This document shows, one piece after another, positions 55,808 through 64,000 of a DNA stretch of 64,000 nt. A model generated the notes under the pieces. The model was not told where the DNA came from. It searched no databases and saw only the letters and a program-made list of their open reading frames with translations. The position numbers and the translations under genes are program-made. Source of the stretch: an uncultured delta proteobacterium. Lineage in GTDB: Bacteria; Desulfobacterota; Syntrophia; Syntrophales; UBA2185. Positions within the stretch are counted from its first letter, which is position 1; every line of letters starts with the position of its first letter. The stretch is taken from NCBI GenBank assembly GCA_963695875.1, contig CAVOID010000003.1, positions 128,001 to 192,000 of the forward strand. Reading direction: 5' to 3'.

Positions 55808-56005
55808 ACAGATTACCGGATAAAGACTTTTTTAAACTTCCTGCCAGCTGAATGTCAAGGGATATTTGGGAACTTCGGTTTCAACGCTTACATAGTTCAA
55901 TAACATGATAGCTGCTTTGATAAGAATTGTCTTAAACCTAAACTAAATTGACCCTTTCTGAAAATGGTGATAATCTTCAGCTCAAGTTATTCCTACGAAA
56001 ATAGA

Positions 56006-56097
56006 TGTCACTCTGAGCTATGTCACAGTGAACTTGTCGAACTGCGAAAAGTCATGCTTCGATCCTTCGACAAACTCAGGACAGGCTAAGAATGACA
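56006..56097. repeat. REP-like palindromic element
   Basis: TGTCACTCTGAGC / GCTAAGAATGACA outer stem; TTGTCGAA / TTCGACAA inner stem. Confidence 0.6.
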
Positions 56098-56201
56098 AAT
56101 ACAGTTTCATGCCGACATGGTGTCAATTCGGAGAGAAGGAAATCCGGAGACGTCATTCCCCACGCCGATGGGGAAATAATGGTCGGAGGCATTGTTAATA
56201 C

Positions 56202-56882
56202 ATGACGAAAAAAGATGCTCTTTTCGACGAATGGCCGGAAAAATATGATCAGTGGTTCACAACCCCAATTGGGTCCCTCGTAAAAAAATACGAATCCGAG
56301 TTGATTTCGGACCTTTTAATGCCATGTCCCGGTGAAGTGATTCTGGATGCAGGTTGCGGCACGGGAGTGTTTTCTCTCGATATAATATCCTCAGGATCAC
56401 AGGTTATAGGGCTCGATATCTCTTTACCGATGCTGCGACGGTCAAGGGAAAAGTTTGGAGGATATCCTTTCTATCCGGTCTTAGGTGATATATCGACTCC
56501 ACCCTTTCGAGAAGGTACTTTTGACAAGGTCGTTTCGATAACGGCAATTGAATTCATCAAGGACGCTAAAAAATGTGTGGCCGAGTTATTTCGTGTGACA
56601 AAAAGAGGCGGGGTCGTCGCTGTGGCGAATCTGAATAGCTTAAGCCCTTGGGCAGTGCGCAGAATAGAGAGAGCAAAAAAAGGAAAATCCATATTCCGTA
56701 ACGCAATTTTCAGATCCCCTGATGACTTGCTCTCCCTTGCACCTGTGAAAGGTGTGGTAAGGACCGCCATCCATTTTCAGAAAGACGATGTGCCTGAAAA
56801 AGCAATGGAGAAAGAGCACGAAGGCCGGATCAAGGGATGGGATACAGGTGCCTTCGCTATTGTGCGATGGTTCAAACCCTAA
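56202..56882 (+). CDS. Class I SAM-dependent methyltransferase
   Basis: ILDAGCGTG, GLDIS and FDKVVS. Confidence 0.9.
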   Translation: MTKKDALFDEWPEKYDQWFTTPIGSLVKKYESELISDLLMPCPGEVILDAGCGTGVFSLDIISSGSQVIGLDISLPMLRRSREKFGGYPFYPVLGDISTPPFREGTFDKVVSITAIEFIKDAKKCVAELFRVTKRGGVVAVANLNSLSPWAVRRIERAKKGKSIFRNAIFRSPDDLLSLAPVKGVVRTAIHFQKDDVPEKAMEKEHEGRIKGWDTGAFAIVRWFKP

Positions 56883-56957
56883 GATATAACTTATTCTTGC
56901 CGCTCCCTGTATTATTCGGAGTGACATTTTAAAAAATCAAATCAGGAGAATAAGCAA

Positions 56958-57408
56958 ATGCCAATCAGTGATGAGCATAAGGACCTTGTTAATTATCTCG
57001 AAAAGACGATTAAGATCATTGAAAAGATGGGAATGCGTATCCTGGATTTTCAAAAGCACTCCGTGAAAATTAAGCTTCCGAAAGAACCGAATATGAATCA
57101 CCTCGGTACGGTATATGCCGGGTCTCTCTTTTCCCTCGCGGATTATGCGGGAGGTGTTCTATTCTATGCCTCTTTCGATGGCAAAAAATACTATCCCCTC
57201 CTGAAGGAGGTTAACGATCGCCTTCAAGAAGCCTGCGACCACGGATATTACGGTGGAGGCATCAATGCCCCCCACACAGGCTGAACAGATTAAAAATATT
57301 ACCGACGAAACGGGGAAGGCAGATTGGGTTTTAGATCTAGAATTGAAGGACGAAAAGGGGGACATCTGCTGTATTGCACACGGCGTCTTTCAGATGAGAA
57401 AGATGTAG
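56958..57408 (+). CDS. Hotdog-fold thioesterase (YiiD C-terminal/PaaI-like; frameshift near 57215)
   Basis: NMNHLGTVYAGSLFSLAD. Confidence 0.8.
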
Positions 57409-57502
57409 GGCACATTATAAACCGTGCAACATTATCCGTAAAAGACCGGAAAACTGCCCAAGGCGGCCGGCCGGGTTAGCACGGTTTTCTTTATACATAG
57501 AC

Positions 57503-57622
57503 TTTGAAAATAGACTCCTCGTGTCATTGTGAGGAGCGAAGCGACGTGACAATCTTATTATTTATCAAAAGCCTAGAAGATTTTTCCCTTCGGTCGAAAT
57601 GACAAAATGTAAATTTTTCAAA
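57503..57622. repeat. REP/MITE-like palindromic element
   Basis: Outer TTTGAAAA / TTTTCAAA; inner TGTCATT ... AATGACA; GAGCGAAGCGACG..AATCT core. Confidence 0.65.
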
Positions 57623-57626
57623 TGAC

Positions 57627-59497
57627 TTATATCGTGAATGACTCTTCCGGCATTTCAATGGGTGTCCTGTCTCCGACTTTGATCGCTTCGCACCTGGCCT
57701 TGACGGTGGCCAAGAATATTGAGCGCAAAGAATTTAGCAGAGGCAATCTTCCCGTTATAGAAGGCAACGTCCTTGTTTTCACGGATCAGGGCCCTCTGCT
57801 TCGCCTTTGATCCTTTTGCGTCATTTTCCGTGTAGAGGGCATTCAACTTTTCATTCGCCATTGTAGCCGCCTGCATCAAGAGCGATCCGACGGCAATGTC
57901 ACCAAAAAGCTCAAGGTATGGAGTTGCATTAACGACGGGGATCAAGAAGCTTGCACCCCGGCTCAGCCGGTAAAAATGTGTTGTCAGATCGGACACTGCC
58001 TTCAGGGCCTCTTCCAGGTAGTTGCACGGTACGGTAAGATCTTCAAATCCCTTGCTCCTCGTTATGATACTATATACTTCACTATACAGGCTCATCATGA
58101 ATTCGCCTCTTCTCTGCGCCAGTTTCCTGCCGACGAGATCAAGGGCCTGAATCCCGTTTGTTCCCTCATAGATGGTTGTTATTTTGCAGTCCCTTAAATA
58201 CTGTTCAACGGGATATTCGGAACAGTAGCCGTATCCGCCGTATACATCGATGGCTTTTGAACAGACCATGCATTGCCTTATCCGAGGAATAAGCCTTACA
58301 AATCGGGATTAAGAGTTCCGCCAATCCCTGCCATTTTGCCTTATCTGTCTTGCTTTCTGAAACAGCCGCCATGTCAAAGCAGTAGGCTGTATAGTAAAGC
58401 AATGCCCTTATTCCTTCCACGTGGGCCTTCATCCAGAGAAGCGTCCTTTTGACATCGGGATGCTGGATAATAGGTACGGGCTTGGCGTCGGGGTTTTTCA
58501 TGTCCCATATGGCGACGCCCTGAATCCTTTCCTTGGCATAGGCGACCGCATGTTCATATGCCGCCGTCGCAACGCCCAGGGCCTGTATGCCGACCTCAAG
58601 CCTGGCGTCATTCATCATCTGGAACATGATCGCCATCCCGGCCCTCTCTTTTCCGAGGAGTTCTCCGATGCATTTTCCCGTCGTCACCGAAATTGAGGGT
58701 GCAGGTGGCGGAACCCTTGATCCCCATTTTGTGTTCGATATTTCCCGTACGCACGTCATTGAATTCCCCCAGGCTGCCGTCATCGTTTACCCGGTACTTG
58801 GGAACGAGAAAGATGGAGATGCCTCGTGTCCCCGCGGTGATCTCCTTCGATTCTGGCGAGAACAGGGTGAATGATGTTCGGGCAAAGGTCGTGGTCTCCG
58901 CCGGAGATAAAAATCTTAGTCCCCGTGATGCTGTATGTACCGTCGGGCAATTTTTTTGCCGTCGTTTTCAGGGCGCCTACATCGGTCCCCGCGCCCGGCT
59001 CCGTCAGACACATGGTTCCAGCCCATTCGCCGGAAAACATTTTATACATGTATTTGTTCTTCTGTTCTTCCGTTCCGAAATGTTCTATGAGTGAGGCGGC
59101 GCCGCAGGTCAGCATGGGATACATGATGAGGGGATAGTTGGCGGCCTGAAAAAGTTCAAAGCACGCAGTGGAAACACTTACCGGCATTCCCTGCCCCCCT
59201 ACATCGGGATCTTTCATGGCAGCATTGCCAGCCGGCTTCAATAAATTTCCTGTATGCATCGTGGAAACTTTTCGGTACGGAGACTTTTCCGTCTGCAAAT
59301 GTGCATCCTTCCCTGTCCCCATCCACATATGTCGGGAGGATTACTTCCAGGGCCATCTTTTCCGCTTCCGTCAGCATCATATCCACGGTTTCTTTGGAAT
59401 AATCCGCATACTTGCCACTCTTGAAAAGATTTTCCACACCAAGCTGCTCATAAAGGACAAATTGCTGATCTCTGGTGTTTACCAATAAGTTACTCAT
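57627..59497 (-). CDS. Acyl-CoA dehydrogenase (~600 aa family; several frameshifts)
   Basis: [28 protein letters not shown] and YEGTNGIQ. Confidence 0.92.
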
Positions 59498-59549
59498 AAT
59501 GACCTCCTTAATAAGAATTCGTAGATGAATTGATGCTGTATATTTCAGT

Positions 59550-59591
59550 AAAAAAACAAAACCCCGCCTTCTTTTTCAGAAACGGGGTTTC
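59550..59591 (-). terminator. Intrinsic terminator inside the 5' leader of the acyl-CoA dehydrogenase gene
   Basis: AAACCCCGTTTCT-gaaaa-AGAAGGCGGGGTTT followed by a U-rich tract. Confidence 0.65.
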
Positions 59592-59833
59592 AACAATCAG
59601 TCCATAGTACCTTCACGTAGGGTTAAAGAACTTATGAAATTTAATCTCTGACATTACATCAGTGTTTTTGATCTATCACGATTTACAGAATAAATCTACA
59701 ATGAAAAGGAAAATCATGACTGAAGCAATTGCGACATGGCACAAAAGTTAAAAAACTGTTATAGACACCGAACTCTGTGTAGAACTATCTGAAGGTGTGT
59801 TTTCAAAATATTCAGGTAAAGGAGGAATAAAAT

Positions 59834-60320
59834 ATGAAAAAGCTGGAATGGAAGAGCTCCACCTGAAATGAAGATTGACCCAGGCAAGACATATAGGGCA
59901 GTTATTGAGACTGACAAAGGGGTAATTGAATTGGAACTTTATCCGCAACATGCACCCAAAACAGTAAACAACTTTATTTTCCTGGCGAGAGAGGGTTTCT
60001 ACGATGGCATATCTTTTCATCGGGTGATCAGCGATTTCATGATCCAGGGGGGAGATCCCACAGGCACGGGGAGGGGCGGTCCAGGCTACAGGTTTGAGGA
60101 TGAGGTGAAGGGGAATCCCTTGAAGCATGAAACAGGAGTGATCTCGATGGCAAACTCCGGACCGAACACGAACGGAAGCCAGTTCTTCATCACGCATTCC
60201 CCGCAGCCGCACCTGAACGGAAGACACACTGTATTCGGCAAAGTAGTAAGCGGCCAGGAAGTCGTCAATGCAATTCAGCAGGGCGATAAGATGCTGCATG
60301 TAAAGATACATGAGGTTTAA
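59834..60320 (+). CDS. Cyclophilin-type peptidyl-prolyl isomerase (frameshift near 59858)
   Basis: [27 protein letters not shown] and HTVFG. Confidence 0.95.
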
Positions 60321-60567
60321 AAAGGTCGGTAATGTGGGGAAATGATACAACTGCAGCGAAGGGGGGTGAGCTGAGACCATGAGGTAAAGTTGAGGTGGAA
60401 GTGGTAATCGTATGATTTATCAATCGCTTATAGTATTTCTCGCTTCGCTCTGATGGGGAAAATTATTGCACAGTCTCGATGTCGAAATAAAATGGAGGAA
60501 AATTCAAAATAACGTTTTCAGAGGTCATTTCATCCGCTGCTCCGGCGAAGCAATTATCCGGTAAAAT

Positions 60568-60594
60568 TAAAGTTTTAAGGCAGACAGCCGATAT
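60568..60594 (+). promoter_or_regulatory. Sigma-28 (FliA) promoter
   Basis: TAAAGTTT-N11-GCCGATAT. Confidence 0.8.
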
Positions 60595-60617
60595 ATGATC
60601 TTAGAGGGTACGGTACA

Positions 60618-61121
60618 ATGACAGGTGTCTCAGGACTGAACGCGAATATTCCGGGCAATCTCTCAAGCGGCCTTTCTAAGAAAAATTCCACAACGTCAAA
60701 TAATGCTTCTTCGATAGTTTCTGCACAACCGACTGCAGCTCAACAGCGCCAAAAAGATTCGCTTACTATGATGCTTTCTGAAATCCGGCTCTCGATGGTG
60801 CAATCTCTCTTTGATGAGGATTTTTCATTCTCCCCTCTCGAATCTCTTACCACATCGCTGTATGATTCACAGGCGACTACTGAGGCCAGTGTGTTCCAAG
60901 CTAATCCCGGTATGTCCCAGTCTATACTCAGTTCTGATTCCCTGGGGCAGGCACTGGACTCTTTGAGCCCTGCTCTGGAACTTATGAAGACTATGGAAGG
61001 GATGAATCTTTCTCCAAACAATCCCGATCAGGTACAAGCCCTCATCCAGACGTTGGAATCTAATCATGCGGAAGAGTTTGCACCCGATTCTCCCGGTTCA
61101 ATATTGGATCTGCTCGCCTGA
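60618..61121 (+). CDS. Hypothetical Ser-rich protein, probably in the flagellar regulon
   Basis: Follows a sigma-28 promoter; C-terminal GSILDLLA. Confidence 0.75.
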   Translation: MTGVSGLNANIPGNLSSGLSKKNSTTSNNASSIVSAQPTAAQQRQKDSLTMMLSEIRLSMVQSLFDEDFSFSPLESLTTSLYDSQATTEASVFQANPGMSQSILSSDSLGQALDSLSPALELMKTMEGMNLSPNNPDQVQALIQTLESNHAEEFAPDSPGSILDLLA

Positions 61122-61454
61122 TCCCGGATCTTATCAGCTCTATTTTAACCAAAAGTCCTGAACATCGATCGTATCAAAGGGTTTACAATTTGCTCAATGA
61201 GGTGGGCAAACATTTCTCGCTTTGCTTCCAAGAATCTCTTCCTCACCTTTAAAAATCATAGTCCTCTTTTTCAAAGCGAAACCCGAATTATCTCTTACGC
61301 CCCATAAATAAAAAATGACCGGATTTCCATGGGTACGGAGTCCCGGGGACAATAGATTCAAGTAAAATTTCTATCCATGCTCTAACACAGGCTTTCCTGA
61401 AATCAGATAATTTAGTATACTGTTCAGAACAATCCTCAGGATAAATTCTCCCCT

Positions 61455-61842
61455 ATGAAGAAGAGGCTGATACTTAACGAGATGGAGTTTGATCGGGCCG
61501 TAAGAAGGGCGATAAAGCGCATACCGTCGGGAAATACACTGTCATCTGAAAAATATTCTCATTTCCGTCCGGAAGCGCCCGTCAAAGGAAGTTCGTGAGG
61601 AAATGGGCCTTCACCGGAATACACCCCTGCTCGGCATGTACAGGGGCACATCACTCGTGGATCGTTCTGTTACCTACCCACCTATTTACCCGGATACCAT
61701 CCTTTTATTCCAGGAACCTTTGGAAAAGATATGCTGGACGATAGAAGAACTTGAAGAACAGATTGAGATTACAGTGGTGCACGAAATCGCGCATTTTCTC
61801 GGAATCAGTGAGGAAAGGCTTGCTGAACTTGGATATGGCTGA
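61455..61842 (+). CDS. Zincin-like minimal metallopeptidase (frameshifts)
   Basis: LLGMYRG, PDTILLFQ and VVHEIAHFLG. Confidence 0.85.
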
Positions 61843-62053
61843 CAGGAAATCATTCATCGAACTATAAGTGAAAATGTGGTAGATAGGTCACAACAAGTCA
61901 GTTCACAATATTAGTTGTTGCCGGGACAGCCTCATGTTTGAGGCGGCATAGATAAAGAGTAGAGGTCTTATAGTTCTGAAATCGGACAGCGGCATTATTA
62001 GGGAGAGACTAATTTAAGAAAAAGGAGCCAAGAAAAAAGGGAGGGAAGAAAGT

Positions 62054-63712
62054 ATGTCAGAGATTTGGAAGCCTTTAATGGAATCGGAAAAGCAAAGATA
62101 CAATACCTTGAATAAAGAAAATGTCGAATTCCTTATGAATAGGTACAACAAAGTGAACCGCTGGGTAATTGCAGATATGATCCGGCGAAGCAGCTATCAT
62201 TATCCTGATAAGAAGGCCGTGATCTTCCAAAATAAGACACTCACCTATGCCGAACTGGAAGCAGAGTGCAACAGGGTAGCAAATGCGCTGTCGGACCTCG
62301 GGGTGCGGAAGTACGATCGCGTTGCCATCCTGGCTCACAACACTATCCACCATGTTTTGACGTGGCTGGGATGTGCGAAAATAGGAGCTATCTACCTGGC
62401 GATCAATTATCTCTTAAGGGGCAAAGATATCTCCTACTGTATAAAACACTCGGAAAGTAAAGTCTTTATCGTAGAGGATAGCCTCTATGATCTGGTTAAG
62501 GATGTCATGAATGACGTGCCTACCGTAAAAACATGGATCTGGTCCAATCAGGGCGCCGGGAAACCGTCTGTGAGTAATCAGTTCAAGGATTTTGACGAAT
62601 GGTATAAAAAATATCCCGCTGAGGAACCTGATGCGGTCCTTCATATCGAGGACCCCGTGCAAATGACCTATACGAGTGGTACGGAAACGCTGCCCAAGGG
62701 CGTTATCATCAGCAATCAGGCGTTGATGGCCCAGTATATGGGAGCTATCATTGATGGGCAGTACGATGAGGATGACATTTCTGTCAATGCCCTTCCCATA
62801 TACCACTGTGCGCAGCGCGACGTATTCATGAATCCTATTTTCTGGGTTGGGGGGACCAATATTCTGATTGCTCCGGATATCAGTCTGATCCTCAAAAATA
62901 TTGCCGACTACAAGGCTACACTTTTCTTCGCACCACCAACCGTCTGGATCGGAATGCTCAGACATCCTGATTTCAACAAATACGACCTATCCAGTCTTAA
63001 AAAATGCTACTACGGCGCCTCGATCATGCCCGTTGAGGTGTTGAAAGAGCTCATAGAAAGACTACCGGGAACAAGAATTTACAACTACTACGGCCAAACT
63101 GAACTTGCCCCATACCATACGATCCTGAAGGCAAAGGACGCTTTGAAGAAGCTTGGTTCAGCCGGTATGGGAGGCTTGAACATGGAAACAAGACTTGAAG
63201 ATGATAATTATAAACCCATCGATAAGCGGGGTATTCCCGGGGAGATCTGCGGAAAGGGACCCCATGCCTTGACGATGTATTTCAAGGATCCCGAAAAGAC
63301 AGATGAGGCTATGAAGGGGGGCTGGTTCCATTCCGGAGACGTTGGGGTCATGGACGAGGATAGATATATTACCGTCGCAGATCGGAAGAAAGATATGATT
63401 AAGACCGGCGGTGAAAATGTCCCGACCCGTGAAGTGGAAGAGGCCATATACCTTGACAAAAGGGTCCAGGAGGTCGCTGTCATAGGATTACCGCATCCTA
63501 AGTGGGTCGAGGCTGTGACGGCGGTGATCGTCCCCAAGAAAGGTGAGAAGATTACGCAGGAGGAGATCATGGAACACTGTCGGAAGGAACTTGCTGCATT
63601 CAAGTGTCCCAAAGCAGTCATCTTTCTTGATGCCCTCCCCAAGACACCAACGGGGAAAATTCTTAAGAGGGAAATGCGAGCATCCTACAAAGAAATGTTT
63701 GCAGGTAAATGA
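62054..63712 (+). CDS. AMP-forming acyl-CoA synthetase (fatty-acid-CoA ligase)
   Basis: YTSGTETLPKG, YGQTE, WFHSGD, DRKKDMIKTGGEN and PKTPTGK. Confidence 0.95.
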   Translation: MSEIWKPLMESEKQRYNTLNKENVEFLMNRYNKVNRWVIADMIRRSSYHYPDKKAVIFQNKTLTYAELEAECNRVANALSDLGVRKYDRVAILAHNTIHHVLTWLGCAKIGAIYLAINYLLRGKDISYCIKHSESKVFIVEDSLYDLVKDVMNDVPTVKTWIWSNQGAGKPSVSNQFKDFDEWYKKYPAEEPDAVLHIEDPVQMTYTSGTETLPKGVIISNQALMAQYMGAIIDGQYDEDDISVNALPIYHCAQRDVFMNPIFWVGGTNILIAPDISLILKNIADYKATLFFAPPTVWIGMLRHPDFNKYDLSSLKKCYYGASIMPVEVLKELIERLPGTRIYNYYGQTELAPYHTILKAKDALKKLGSAGMGGLNMETRLEDDNYKPIDKRGIPGEICGKGPHALTMYFKDPEKTDEAMKGGWFHSGDVGVMDEDRYITVADRKKDMIKTGGENVPTREVEEAIYLDKRVQEVAVIGLPHPKWVEAVTAVIVPKKGEKITQEEIMEHCRKELAAFKCPKAVIFLDALPKTPTGKILKREMRASYKEMFAGK

Positions 63713-63807
63713 TGCATGGAACAGGGGAAAACGGATTACTGTGATGAGGGCAGGTTGAGGCCTTGAATACAATCAACACAGCTTAAAGATAAAATAGGAG
63801 ACTTATC

Positions 63808-64000
63808 ATGGAAATTAAGAATGTTTGCGTCTTAGGAGCCGGTTTGATGGGAAGCGGTATAGCCCAGGTATGCGCTCAGGCAGGTTTTCAGGTAGCTATG
63901 AGGGACATTGAGCAGAAATTCATCGACGGCGGTATGAATACGATCAGAAAGAGTTTGAGCCGCGACGTGGAGAAGGGGAAAAGAACTAAGGAGAATATGG
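63808..64000 (+). CDS. 3-hydroxyacyl(butyryl)-CoA dehydrogenase, 3'-truncated
   Basis: MEIKNVCVLGAGLMGSGIAQVCAQAG after an AGGAG SD. Confidence 0.88.
   Translation, partial: MEIKNVCVLGAGLMGSGIAQVCAQAGFQVAMRDIEQKFIDGGMNTIRKSLSRDVEKGKRTKENM

Noticed and set aside
57419..57487. AAACCGTGC / GCACGGTTT inverted repeat as an ncRNA
   Set aside because: It lies between convergent genes and is most simply a terminator or repeat remnant.
59737..59752. Sigma-54 promoter for the cyclophilin gene (TGGCAC...)
   Set aside because: The -12 element reads TTAA and lacks the required GC.
61145..61259. Small minus-strand ORF with a GAGGA SD
   Set aside because: Only 21 codons as written; it needs an assumed indel to give a plausible peptide and has no motif.

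Overview
Chromosomal origin region of an anaerobic deltaproteobacterium (Desulfobacterota, probably Syntrophales-like; inferred from gene content). Single-base indels split many genes, including essential ones (dnaA, dnaN, gyrB, gatCAB), so I treat them as sequencing errors and merge the fragments. Contents in order: RND efflux operon; acyl-CoA dehydrogenase; Fe-S protein; ptb-ptb-buk; rsmG-parA-parB-dnaA-oriC-dnaN-gyrB; a probable 8-amino-Kdo (kdnB-kdnA-hldD-kdsB) LPS cluster; two ilvBN pairs plus ilvC and ilvD; PBP1A, tatC and tatA; an HDAC-family gene; gatCAB-mtnA; tex; PBP1B with an LpoP-like lipoprotein; a cold-shock protein; a lytic transglycosylase; an ABC-F ATPase; and fatty-acid metabolism genes. 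The strongest unannotated signal is a two-tier branched-chain amino-acid control system. An Ile-rich leader-peptide attenuator precedes an AHAS whose regulatory subunit has a natural G->D change at the valine-binding site. A Val/Leu-rich attenuator with an interlocked double terminator precedes the canonical AHAS. Also notable: an IlvC with a short acidic cofactor loop, a Bacillus-like oriC unwinding site with variant DnaA boxes, sigma28 and sigma54 promoters on orphan genes, and a family of palindromic repeats. No rRNA, tRNA, CRISPR array or transposase was seen.
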